From contig CAWGXH010000003.1 of the NCBI GenBank assembly GCA_963826525.1, positions 480,001-544,000 on the forward strand: DNA of 64,000 nt, written 5' to 3'. Of this stretch, positions 50,475-61,682 are shown piece after piece. Within the stretch, counting starts at the first letter, position 1. Every line of letters begins with the position of its first letter. The notes under the pieces are model-generated. The model was not told where the DNA came from and searched no databases. It worked only from the letters and a program-made list of their open reading frames with translations. The position numbers and the translations under genes were made by a program. The stretch comes from an uncultured Methanomicrobiaceae archaeon (GTDB taxonomy: Archaea; Halobacteriota; Methanomicrobia; Methanomicrobiales; Methanoculleaceae).

Positions 50475-51421
50475 TCAGGATACCGGAAGGTCGTCTCGTT
50501 CGGTTTTGTAATTCGTAATTATCAGTTCGGTGATCTCGCCCCGCCGCTCGCCGTTGCAGTTGATCCTGCGGCTGGCGGGAACCCGTTCGATGCAATAACC
50601 CGAATACAGGTCTTCAAAGAAATGGTCTTCCGGATCTTCGTTCTTCGGGTCGGAGTTGCTCAGGCATCAGCCGTGCTCCTTCTGCATCCAGAGTGCGGAA
50701 GAACCCGGCAAGGCGTCTCTGGTCGTCGTCCCCGAAGCCGTCCCTGGAGTACGAGGTGAAACTCGACGTCCGGTTCAGCGGCCGGTACGGCGGGTCGAAG
50801 TAAACGAACGTGCTTGCATCGACGTACCGGGCAGAGTCCGAGAAGTCACCGAGATGGATGCTCGTATTTTCGAGGAGCGTCGAGTCGCTCCGGAGTACTT
50901 CCGGGTTCACTATCCGGGGGTTTTTGTACCGGCCGAAAGGTACGTTGAACTCGCCCTGTGAATTGACCCGGAATAAGCCGTTGAAGCAGGTCCGATTCAG
51001 GAATATGAGATCTGCCGTTCTCTGGATCCACGCCGTGCCGTACTGTTTCCACTGCATCGAGGCCTTTGACGCATTGTACCTGCTCCGGATCTCGTAGAAG
51101 AACTCCTGCCGCTTTTCGGTATCCAACCGTAGGTATGAAGTTTCCAGATCTTTCAGAATCCCGATCGAGCTCCTCGACATCGTTCCTGACAACGGTATAC
51201 GCGAGCACGAGCTCTTCGTTGACGTCGAAGATATGGCATTCGTCGAAGGCATATCTGTTATTTATAAAGAAGTAGACAGCCCCGCCGCCTGCGAACGGCT
51301 CGACATAGGTATCGACAAGGCCTTCTTTCACCTCGTGCGGAAGCCGACTATCGAATTCCTCCAGTAGTTGGCCTTTGCCGCCGGCCCACTTCAAAAATGG
51401 CCTGGCATTTTGAACTTTCAT
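50475..51421 (-). CDS. dam: DNA adenine methyltransferase, Dam/D12 family (frameshifts near 51167, 50665)
   Basis: PFLKWAGGK, YVEPFAGGGAV, FLNRTCFNGLFRVN..G.FNVPFG, DPPY and LSNS motifs. Confidence 0.9.
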
Positions 51422-52047
51422 CCTGGTGAACCTCGTCAAGAACCCCGCGATCAGCACTGAGGAGAATCGATTGGGCCTCGGTGAATGTACTGTACGCGGC
51501 CTGCAACAAAAAAGAATGCGAAGATCCCGCGGTGAAATTATCCCTTCCGGGGAGCTCGCGATCCTATAAGAGATCGTATGGTCGCCGGGCAAAAACCCAG
51601 TCGTATCGCCCGCCCCCGCAAGCGATCTTCTGTGCCTGCTCGCCTGCTCTGGAACATGCTCCAAAAGTGTGCCGGTATCTGAAGGTTGATCGGATCGAAG
51701 CATGCTCACGCAATCAATCCGTGGAAAAAACTCACTCTAGACCGGATCGCGAGCACGGCCAATCCCCGGCTATCGCGTTGGGGGGGAGGGTGCGGGAGGG
51801 GGCTGGCCCCTCCTGCAAAAGAGTATTGGGACATGCTCATACATACCCGGTGCTATCATCGGGCAACGGCTTGAGAACGGTCACCAACCTCCCGAATCTC
51901 TCGTTCCGACCGGGCGAATCCCTCAAACTCGTCTCCGTTTCCCCTGCCGTGCCATCAGCATGTACGTATACCCGCCGTAGAGTCTATCGTTATTACCGCC
52001 TATGGGAAACCTACTGGTGCTGCGTTTATAAGGAGTCCCTGATTCAG

Positions 52048-54549
52048 ATGTCCGCACCTCCAGGAACTACACGGAAGAAGCCTCATTCCTCCGGACAGGA
52101 TGAGGAGGCACAGGCTATCTCCGCCGAAGGAGAACGGCTCGTTCACGAGCGGACGCAAGAGCTCAGGAAAGAAAATGAGGCGCTCCGGCGCGAAATAGAT
52201 ACGATCAAACGCACGGGAGAGTGGTTCGAGAAAGCGTTTTACGAAAGTCCGGTTGCGTTACTCATGGCGACTCTGCATGATGGGCGTTTCGTTGCTGTCA
52301 ATGAATGTTTTTTACAGACGTTCGGGTATAGCCGTGAGGAGGTGATCGGCCGCACGTCGACCGAACTCAATCTGTATGCCGATGCCGATGCCGATGCGTA
52401 TGCCCGCATCGTCCGGGTAGCCCGTGAACAAGGCAACGCTCGCAACTACGACCTGACCTCGCGAACCCGGACGGGCGGACTCATCCATGTGCTCCTTTCC
52501 ACCGATATCATTCACGCTCACGGTCAGGAATACGCGCTTTCCACACTCATCGAGATCGCCGGGCGCAGGCGGATAGAACCGGAACGAGAGGATCTCCTCC
52601 GGAAGGTGCAGGCATCGGCCGGAAAGCTGGAAGCCGCAAATGAAGAACTCCGGGCGACCACAGAAGAACTTGCGGCCTCGAACGAGGTACTCCGGCGGCA
52701 AAGAGAGGAACTGGTCACCGTGAACCGGGTTCTGCGAGAAAGCGAGCGTAATGCTTCCGAGATCCTCGAAAGTATCCGTGACGGGTTCTTCTCCCTCGAT
52801 CGGAACTGGACGTTCACCTACATCAATCAGCGGGCGGCAGAAAATGTAGGGCGCACCCGGGAGTACCTGGCCCTGAAGAACATCTGGAAGGAGTTTCCGG
52901 AAATCCAGAACACGGAGATGGGATCGGTCTTCCGGCAGGTCATGCTGGATCGGAGACCTCGGCGGTTCGAGCAGTGGGGCGTGCTGACCGACAAGTTGTA
53001 TGAAATCAGGGTATACCCCGGCAGCGAGGGCGGCATATCGGTCTACTGGCTTGATATTACCGCACGCAAACAGGCGGAAGAGGCGCTCAGAGAACTGAAC
53101 GGAAATACCGGGAACTCGTCCGCTATGCGCCGGCGGGGATCTACGAGATTGATTTCAGGAACCAGAGATTTACCGCGGTAAATGAGGCCATGTGCCGGAT
53201 GCTCGGGTACAGCCGGGAAGAGTTGCTCGCGATGAATTCGTTCGATATTCTGGATGAGGAGAGCAAGGCTCGTTTCCAGGCCAGAATCGTCAGGTGGCTC
53301 CGCGGGGAAGAACCGGATAGAAATGTCGAATACAAAGTAAGAACGAAAGAAGGCCATACACTCGACGTGGTTTTGGACGTGACCTTCACCGCCGACGAGA
53401 ACGGAAAGCCGCTTGGTGCGACGGTCATCGGCCACGATATCACCGAACGCAAGCGGGCGGACGAGGCGCTGCAGGAGAGCCGGAAGGACCTTGACCGGGC
53501 ACAGACTGTCGGCAAGATCGGAAGCTGGCGGCTGGACATCGACCGGAACGTCCTGACCTGGTCGGACGAGAATCACCGCATCTTCGGGGTGCCCAGAGGG
53601 ACACCGCTGACCTACGAGACGTTCCTGAGTTTAGTCCACCCCGATGACCGGGAGTACGTGGACACCCGATGGAAGGCGGGACTCTCTGGCGAGCCCTACG
53701 ACATCGAGCACCGCATTCTGGTGGACGGGCGTGTAAAATGGGTGCGGGAGAAGGCCTACCTGGAGTTCGACGATGCCGGCGGGCTGCTCGGAGGTTTCGG
53801 GATAACCCAGGATATCACCGAACGCAAGCGTGCCGAAGAAGCGCTTGTGCGCCACACCGAAGAGCTCACCCGGCTTCACCGCGAACTGCAGATCGCAAAC
53901 CGGGAGGCGAACCTCTATCTCGACATTCTCACCCACGACATCGGCAATACCGAGAACGTCTCGAACCTCTACGCCGACCTGCTTAATCGACCTCGCCGAA
54001 GGAGACCTGAAGACCTACGCGGAGAAACTGCAGCAGAGCGTCCGGAAGAGCATCGAGATCTTAAAGACGGTCTCCACCATCCGCCGGATTCACCGGGTGT
54101 CGTCCGAGCTCAAACCGATGGATCTCGACGCGGTCGTCCGGGGAGTGATCGAGGACTTCCCGGGCAGCACTATTCTCTACGAAGGGGCGCACTATCAGGT
54201 CTGGGGTGACGACCTGCTCTCCATGATCTTCGACAATCTCATCGGCAATGCCGTGAAGTTCGGCGGTCCCGGCGTCAAGATCGCCGTCCGGGTGGAAGAA
54301 GAGGACGGGTTCGTCCGGGTAACGGTCGAGGACACCGGTCCCGGCGTCCCGGACGATGAGAAGGATGCGATCTTCCACCGGTACGAGCAGCAGAAGCGGG
54401 GCGTCGGCGAAGGGCTCGGGCTGTACCTCGTGCAGATCCTCGTCGAGCGCTACGGCGGGCAGATCTGGGTCGACGACCGGGCGGCCGGCCACCCGGAGGA
54501 AGGGGCGGCGTTCACATTTACGCTTCGAAAAGCTATGCAAAATCGCTGA
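52048..54549 (+). CDS. Multi-PAS (4) histidine kinase (frameshifts near 53095, 53985)
   Basis: Three ORFs join. DITERK motifs, THDIGN H-box, NLIGNAVK, DTGPG and GEGLGL. Confidence 0.85.
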
Positions 54550-54646
54550 ACAGGCTGCCGGCCGGAACGACTGTCCGGCAGCGGAGATCGAATACCGGAA
54601 GCACCTGCACCGCTGCAAGATGGGTAGCGGAGGGAAGGTGAACCTG

Positions 54647-55135
54647 CTACGTCGATTCTTTCGCCGCTCCGCTCGCATGCGGCGGTTTCCAGACGATCGC
54701 CAGGATCCCGCCGACAATGCCGAGGATCATGCCGATGACGAACCCCCCTCCTGCAAAAATGCTCACCAGAGAGAAGATGAGGATGATGACGCCCCACGCC
54801 ACATGGGATGCCGGCCGGGAGCGCAGCATGTACGACCCCACGAGAACGACGATCCCGCATACGATGCCCCAGATCCCGATGCCTGCCGCCACGAACGGAA
54901 TAAATCCGGTTTGATCCTGGTACCCGCCCATCGGCCCCTCGTATCCACCCATCGGTCCTTCATGTCCGTCCATCATACCGGGATATTCACCCGTCATGCC
55001 GGGGTAGTATCCGCCCATCATGCCGCTCATGAAGGCGGTCCCCAGCACGAGGATCACGATCCCGGAGAGGAGGATGAGAATACCGCCGATCAGCGAGAGG
55101 GCAAAAGCAATTGTTGGAGCTCCCTGTTCTGCCAT
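54647..55135 (-). CDS. Membrane protein with a Met/Gly-rich loop (DUF6114-like)
   Basis: Four hydrophobic segments, loop MMGGYYPGMTGEYPGMMDGHEGPMGGYEGPMGGY and GGF.IGMILGIVGGILA tail. Confidence 0.7.
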   Translation of the reverse strand: MAEQGAPTIAFALSLIGGILILLSGIVILVLGTAFMSGMMGGYYPGMTGEYPGMMDGHEGPMGGYEGPMGGYQDQTGFIPFVAAGIGIWGIVCGIVVLVGSYMLRSRPASHVAWGVIILIFSLVSIFAGGGFVIGMILGIVGGILAIVWKPPHASGAAKEST

Positions 55136-55310
55136 GGTTCAAATGGGCTGCATGGGGCTTTTTGGTGAAAAACCTATCCGCCATCGCCGCACGGGTGCCG
55201 CGAACCGAGCGACGGAGCAGCCATGCTCCCCGGGACATCTCTGTTTCTGTGCGGCGTTCGGCCGGCCGTGCCGGGAATGCTGGGCCTTCCGGTGCTCCTG
55301 CCACTGCTCT

Positions 55311-56600
55311 TCACCCTTTCGCCGCTCTCCTCTGCTTGATCCCCTCTCCCAGGATCATCGCGGTGACGGCGGATATGGTGAGGAGCAGGAGCATGGTGGT
55401 ATCGGCCGTGCCCACGACCGCGACCAGGAGAATGGCGGTCAGGGGTGCACCCATGGCGAGGGCGAGGGCGGCTGTCTCGATGCAGAGGACGCCGATCGAG
55501 ACCGGCAGGGACGGAAAGAGCAGGTTGAGGGCGAGCCCGATCATGGTGGAGGCGAAGAGGATGGGGAAGAGGGGGCCGCCGATAAACCCGCTCCGGAACG
55601 CGAGCGCGAGCAGGAGGATCTTTCAGACCGCCATGGCAATGAGCATCGCAGCCCCGAATGCCGCCGGGTCGGCGATGATCGCGTGGATCTGCTTCTCGCC
55701 CGAGAAGAGGAGGTTCGGGACGAAATAGCCGACGATCGAGGTGATGGCCGCTGCTACGAGGAGGGGCAGGATGATCCGGTCGTTAAAGACCCGCTCCATG
55801 ACCCTTGCCATCCCCTGCATGGAGAGGCCGGTAAAGACCGCGAGCAGCGACCCGACGATGCCGAGGACGACCGCGTATACGACGTATATCGGATGCAGTT
55901 CGCCGAGCGGGGCGAACGGAATGCTCCGGGCGAACGAGGGCAGGCCGAGGGCCAGGTAGAAGAGATAGCCGATGGTGCCTGCGAGCAGGTTCCAGGTCAG
56001 GAACTTCAGGGCGTTCCTGTTGCCGCCCACCTGGAACTCCGTCGCGAAGATCCCGGTGAAGAGCGGGTTGCCGATGATGCCGTTGAAGGCCGAGGCGAGG
56101 GCGGCGATGTTGACCCCGAACGAGGCATCGGCGGATTCGTGTGCGATCCGGAATTTCTTCTGTACGTAGGCGGTGATGTCGCCGACCAGGATGACAATGC
56201 CACCCTCCGGGCCGACGCTCACCCCGGAGAGGAGCGAAAAGAGCGAGGAGAGCAGTGCGCCGGGAAAAGTCCGGTAGTCGGTCTTATGCCCGCCGCCCTT
56301 CATCGAATCGATGAACCCGCCTTCCATCACCGTCGGCGCATGCAGGTACTTCCGGGAAAGGCCGACGAGCAGCGAAAAGAAGAGCGCTCCTACCGGGATC
56401 ATCCAGCGGTTGACTCCCGAAAAGTCGTTGTCGAACCAGATGGCGTTGATCAAAACTCCGTAGAGGACGATGTACCCGGCAGTAAAAACGATGGCGACGA
56501 GTGCGATGAAGATGATCTCCCGAAGTTTCGGCTCTGCCCCGCCGATCGGGCATTCGGCCGGCTCTGCCTGACCATATTCTGCCCCGGTCGTCTCCGTCAT
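55311..56600 (-). CDS. ClC family chloride channel protein (frameshift near 55623)
   Basis: SGVSVGPEGG, ASAFNGIIGNP, LFSGE and SGFIGGPLFP motifs. Confidence 0.85.
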
Positions 56601-56718
56601 GTCATCGGGCCTTCCTCGGGAGATCGCTTCCCCATGAGATGTCTGGAGGTGGTTTTGATATAAATAGGCACCGTACCACCGGGCAGGAGGAGAACGGACG
56701 GGGTAGTCGCCCCGGCCA

Positions 56719-57174
56719 TCATCCCCAGGGATAGTGCGCCTTCCGCTGCTCCGGCCACTCCTCCTCGCCCTGCTCCCGGATGATCTCGAGGTGCCCGGCG
56801 AGGTTCGGGTGGAACGCGAGAAGCGGCGCAAGCGTCCTGCAGGAGGTACTCTCCCCGCACGCCCAGCACCCTGCGAGGTGCCGCTCCGCCACGCACTCCC
56901 GCACCCTGCAGACGGGTTTCCCCCCGCCCTCCCGGCAGGGCGACGGGCACTCCAGGGCGATGAGAGCGCGTAAGACCTCCGCAAAGACGTCGTAGCGGCG
57001 AAGGGCCGGCACCGTCTCCGCCTTCAGCGCGGCATACTCCTCTATATGATTGTGCGCCAGCACGGCGTCCAGGCTCCGTGCGAGATCGAAGAACTCCCGC
57101 CGGGACGGGATGCAGTCGGCGCAATAGAGCCCGCAGGGGGCGGTCGGCCGCGTTTGCTCACCCGAACTTCTCAT
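56719..57174 (-). CDS. DUF3795 Cys-rich protein
   Basis: APCGLYCADC...C..PCR....C.VRECV......CWAC.....C pattern. Confidence 0.85.
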   Translation of the reverse strand: MRSSGEQTRPTAPCGLYCADCIPSRREFFDLARSLDAVLAHNHIEEYAALKAETVPALRRYDVFAEVLRALIALECPSPCREGGGKPVCRVRECVAERHLAGCWACGESTSCRTLAPLLAFHPNLAGHLEIIREQGEEEWPEQRKAHYPWG

Positions 57175-57269
57175 GCGGGGAGGGTATGGCGATGCCCGGT
57201 ATAATGCTGCCGATACGAAAGCGGTATCCCGCACGGTTCACCGGAGACGCGGGGGGAGATTTCCTCCCC

Positions 57270-58356
57270 TCACTCCAGCGTCCGGCGGTAGGTCATGATC
57301 CCGAGGGTGATGGCGATCCCGGAGAAGATGATGAGCGCCAGAAGGTCGAGGCCGATGAGGCTCGCCTGTCCCCGCAGGATCAGGCTGCGGAGCGCGTGAA
57401 TTGCATAGTACTCGGGATTGATCGTGGCGATCCAGCGGAGCCAGGCGGGCATGCCGAGCACCGGGTAGAACGCTCCGCTGGTCATGAAGAGGAGGAGGTT
57501 TAAGAACGCCACGATCGAGGTATACTCCTGCTGGGCGGAGAACCGTGGAGCTGAACGAGACTACGAAGCTCGTGATCCCGATGCTGATGATGAAGAGGAC
57601 GACGAGGACCATCATGAAGGTCTCCATGCTGTCGACCAGGACGCCTGCAACGAAGATATCGACGAGGAATATGACGAACCCCGCCATGAACGCCTTGACC
57701 GTCCCGCTCGCGATGATCCCGAAGATGATGCTCGAGCGCTTCACCGGCGTGACGAGGTAGCCCTCGATGATCCCGTTTTCCCGGTCGCGGATCAGGCCGA
57801 TCCCGCCGCCCATCATGGTTGTCATGAAGATGGCCATGACGATGACCCCGACCCCGAAGAACTGGATGTACTTGATGTCACCGTAGATCTTCGAGACCTG
57901 CAGCGGGTTCTCTGCCCCCGCCTGCACCATCATGCCGCTCACCCCTGACTGGATCAGGCCGGGGATCAGATACTCGGAGCCGTCGACGTAGAGGCGGACG
58001 GCGTGATCGTTCGAGACCTCGGAGGGGAAGATCGCCACCGCCATGACTTTTCCGGCGGCAAACGCCTGCTTCGCCGTCGCTTCTCCGGAGAAGACCGTGA
58101 CATCGAACATCCGCGGATTGTCCTCTGTGTGGAAGTGAGTAAGTCCGTCGACGGCCGAGAGATAGAGGGACGTCGTGTTCCCGTGCGGGTCCTCCTGCGC
58201 CACCCCGATGGGGATGTGGGTGATCGTCCCTCCCATGGCGTTCCCGAAGATGATGAGGTACATGATGGGCATGAACAGGGTCATCACGATGATGATGGGG
58301 TTCCCTGTGAACTTCTTGAAGTCCCGCTTGAAGATCGCTATGGCACCCCGCATCAC
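57270..58356 (-). CDS. ABC-2 type exporter permease (frameshift near 57545)
   Basis: DRENGIIEGYLVTPVKRSSII, SGAFYPV..MP.WL and NPEYYAIHALR motifs. Confidence 0.88.
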
Positions 58357-59393
58357 GGCCGACCCCTCCTCTGCCGACCCTGGCCGGCAGGTTCTCCGCC
58401 GCCGGCATCCAGCCGCGTTCCGGTGAGGTAGATGAAGACATCCTCGATCGAGGGGGAGCGAATGGTGATCGATGTCATGGGGAGAGCGTGCTGCTCGAAT
58501 ATCTCGAGGATCGATGGCAGGACTCGGCTCCCGTTCTCGGCGGATATGAGGAGCTTGTTCTCCTGCACCTCCACGGAGGCGAGGCGGCTGTCCGCCCGCA
58601 GCGCCGCGACGACCTCCTCGTCCACCGCCTCGACCCCGATCTCGATGAGGTCTCCCGAGGGGAGGGAGTGCTTGAGGTTCTCGATGGTGTCGAGGCGGAC
58701 GAGCCGCCCTTTATCCACAAAGGCGATGCGGTCGCAGAGTTTCTCCGCCTCGTCCATGTAGTGCGTGGTCAGGATGATCGTCGTCTCCTCCTCGTTCAGG
58801 GCCGCTACCTGCTGCCAGACCTCCCGTCGGGACTCGGGGTCGAGGCCGATTGTCGGCTCGTCCAGGAAGAGGATGAGGGGTTTGTGGATGAAGGCCCGCA
58901 CGATCTCGAGCTTCCGCTTCATTCCCCCCGAGAACGTCCGCACCGGCACATGGGCGCGGTCGGTCAGGTCGACCATCTCCAGGAGTTCCCGGATTCTCGC
59001 GTCGAGCGTGCGGGGATCGATGTCCAGCAGATTGCCGTAGAACTCCAGGTTGTCGTAGGCGGTGAGTTCGAGATCGAGCGTGCTGTTCTGGGGGCAGACG
59101 CCGATCACCCTCCGGATCTCCTCAGGCTGGAGGGCAACGTCGTAGGGGCCGATGAACGCCCTCCCCAACGTGGGCTGGAGGAGGGTGGTGAGGATGCGGA
59201 TGAGCGTGCTTTTTCCCGCCCCGTTCTGGCCGAGGAGACCGAAGATCTCCCCTTTCCGCACTTCGAAGGATATGTCGTCCACTGCCTTCACCGTGCGGTT
59301 CCTGTCCCGGAAGATCTTGGAGAGGTGCTCGATCCGGATGATGTTCTCCGGGGGGTTGCTGCCTCGCTCGTCACCGGAGATGCGTGAATCCAC
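58353..59393 (-). CDS. ABC exporter ATP-binding protein (DrrA-like)
   Basis: GQNGAGKS, FSGGMKRK, FLDEPT and TTHYM motifs; GGAGGT RBS before GTG 59393. Confidence 0.92.
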   Translation of the reverse strand: MDSRISGDERGSNPPENIIRIEHLSKIFRDRNRTVKAVDDISFEVRKGEIFGLLGQNGAGKSTLIRILTTLLQPTLGRAFIGPYDVALQPEEIRRVIGVCPQNSTLDLELTAYDNLEFYGNLLDIDPRTLDARIRELLEMVDLTDRAHVPVRTFSGGMKRKLEIVRAFIHKPLILFLDEPTIGLDPESRREVWQQVAALNEEETTIILTTHYMDEAEKLCDRIAFVDKGRLVRLDTIENLKHSLPSGDLIEIGVEAVDEEVVAALRADSRLASVEVQENKLLISAENGSRVLPSILEIFEQHALPMTSITIRSPSIEDVFIYLTGTRLDAGGGEPAGQGRQRRGRP

Positions 59394-59666
59394 GCGAATA
59401 CCTCCTATGGGACTCTGCCGATCTGCAGGGGAAGGCCGGCACGGAGCCGAACGTATCTGCAGGCAGGAGTTCAAGCAGCAGTTCGGCTGCGCGATCGCAG
59501 TTCATCTCGGCCATTCGGATCCTCGCCGTATTGATTTAGAAGACAAATGATTCGTATTTTGGACTGTTTGTGTATTAAACGATATGATCCGGCTTCGAAT
59601 GGTTTCTCCGGCGCTGGGGATCGGATTCCTCCCGGAACCACGAGGGAGGCGGGCAGCCCCTTGCCG

Positions 59667-60103
59667 TCACTCCGAAAAGAGGCGGTCACGGAGGATCGCC
59701 CGGACCAGGTCCCTGAACCGATGCATGGCCGGAAGGTCATCCTGCAGCACCCCATACACCTCGTCAAGGTTCAGCCTCCAGTACACATGGACCAGAACAT
59801 TTCTGAATCCTGCAAGGTCCGAGAGGCTGATCGGCGAGGTCTTCCGGGATAAGTCCCTCATCGCAGAGGATTGCAAAACTCTCCCGGTAGGTTTCAGGTC
59901 GGCGAGTGCTCCGGGCCGCGACCAGATGGTTGGCGATATCGATCGATGCCTGGATACTGACGAGAAGCGCATGCAGCACCATATTCCGCTTGTCCCGGTC
60001 GGCCTTCAACTCTGCGAGCGTGATGGATCGGTACCGCTCCCAGTCTCCGGTGGCCTCATTGAGTTCCCTCAGATGACCGGTGATCCCGTCGGTACTGCGT
60101 CAT
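59667..60103 (-). CDS. hepT: Type VII TA toxin HepT (DUF86/HEPN), two frameshifts
   Basis: IQASIDIANH, PETYRESF.IL and GFRNVLVHVY (RX4HXY) motifs. Confidence 0.85.
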
Positions 60104-60104
60104 A

Positions 60105-60556
60105 TCAGGCCTTCGTCAGCAGGATTCTGTCGAACCATTCGAGCGTGTCCTTATAGTCGAGATATCGGGAGAGGACGTCCGCCTCATATTCGACCGTCCT
60201 GCCCCGATCGCGGGAGAATACAGTTCTGCCGCTCCTGATGACCTCGTGCTGGAATGAGATGGGGGCGGTGTTGAGGACCTTCACATCGGCCTCAAAGCGG
60301 TGGCAAAGCGCTCGTTCAAGGTGCCGCTCGACCAGCCTCGCAAACCGCATCGCCTGGTATGGGGAGGGCTCTCCGGTTATCAGGACCGCGACATCCACGT
60401 CTGCAAAATCCCCTCTGCAGAACGAACCGAAGACATATCCGGTCTCTACCCCGGGAAGACCCGCAAGAACCGTACGGATGGTATCGAGGAGTTCCTCTCT
60501 CTCTCAGATTCCAGTACGTGGCGCCGCCTCATCTCTCCCCGTGTCCCTTCCGGCAT
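60105..60556 (-). CDS. mntA: Type VII TA antitoxin MntA (minimal nucleotidyltransferase), frameshift in a GA tract
   Basis: GYVFGSFCRGDFADVDVAV, DVKVLNTAP and YLDY motifs; AGGAG RBS before ATG 60556. Confidence 0.85.
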
Positions 60557-60619
60557 CGTCTTCTCCTGGTCTTAACTCTTCCCGCATCGCATATGATTCT
60601 TTCTCGGTCAGCCCGTTGG

Positions 60620-61568
60620 TCATATTGTTTTCTCCAGCACCCACTCAACCAGTCCCACACTCACGACCATCTCGGAGAGTTGCCGGGGAGGAACCAACAC
60701 CACCCGGGAATCCGGAGGCTCGGCGTGGGCTGTCAGGGCGCTATCGGGCGAATGGACAACGTAGAAGAGCTTCCTGAAATCGTTCCGCTCGTTCCGCTTG
60801 AAAGGATCTGCATATTTGCAAAACTCGTCCAGCGTTGAACGCGATTTTACCTGAACTTGATACAATTCTTTGTTGATCTTGTCTTCGAATTCGATATCTG
60901 AAAATTTCACTGTTTTTCCGACAGCACTTCTGCGTTCCCATCCCGCTCTTTCAAAGACCAGATCGACAAGCACTTCAAAGTCTTTCCAGTGCAGGTGTTT
61001 GATCAATGCTTCTGTTCGGTGAACCAGCTGCATCTCGTGCATTGATGGCTGCGGTATATTCGGGCGTATGTTCATCGTTGATCAGACGTCTGAGTGTGTC
61101 GTATCTGAGAGTTTCTGGCGAATTGACGTTGCATGAGGTTGCCCGATAGGCCTGTAGTTGTGCAATTTCACCAGGTATCGCGTTGACCAGCAGTAACTTC
61201 CCGTGCAAGCTCTTGTCATGCCATCCATCAGCGGTCAAGCGGTATTTGGATATTTCGTCTTCGAGAATCTGACCCTCTTGCAACCGGCACCACCAGAGTT
61301 TCGAGTTGTAGAACGTGATCCATATATCGTCGTGATTCGAGTCGTGAATCTTTTTCAGCGAGTTGAAGTCATGGGTGGCGCTACCCTTATTCTGGATCTC
61401 TGTCCTGATCACTCCCTCGATTCTATCCCATTTTTTCTGATGGATATCGTCGAGATCGATGTTTGTCCAGCCGATCCGCATTATCCCTTTTTCGATGCTC
61501 GACTGTTCCCATATTCCGGCCTCTCCTAACTTGATGTAATAGGCGTTTTTGAAGTCAATCCTCTCCAC
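60620..61568 (-). CDS. Mrr-like (PD-(D/E)xK) restriction endonuclease with N-terminal accessory domain (frameshift near 61040)
   Basis: N-terminal YYIKLG..G.WE...RIGW. C-terminal LHWKDFEVLVDLVF...G......DI.........QVQVKS. Lower GC than flanks. Confidence 0.7.
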
Positions 61569-61610
61569 TGTTCCCCTCCACAGAATATAAGACGGTACTG
61601 AATTCAAATG

Positions 61611-61665
61611 CTTAAAAGTGGCGTAAGTTCGGTTTTAAGAAAATGGATACTTTAATCAATTGATT
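61611..61665. promoter_or_regulatory. Back-to-back TATA-like boxes and a 12-bp palindrome between the nuclease and RNase III genes
   Basis: CTTAAAA (61611-61617) and TTTTAAG (61633-61639) are inverted; AATCAATTGATT at 61654-61665. Confidence 0.5.
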
Positions 61666-61682
61666 GGTTCATATAGCCGTCT

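Noticed and set aside
51481-52047. 190-aa N-terminal extension of the 52-kb kinase and 96-aa extension of dam
   Set aside because: Non-protein-like composition across a divergent intergenic region. A TATA-like TTTATAA at about 52025 supports ATG 52048.
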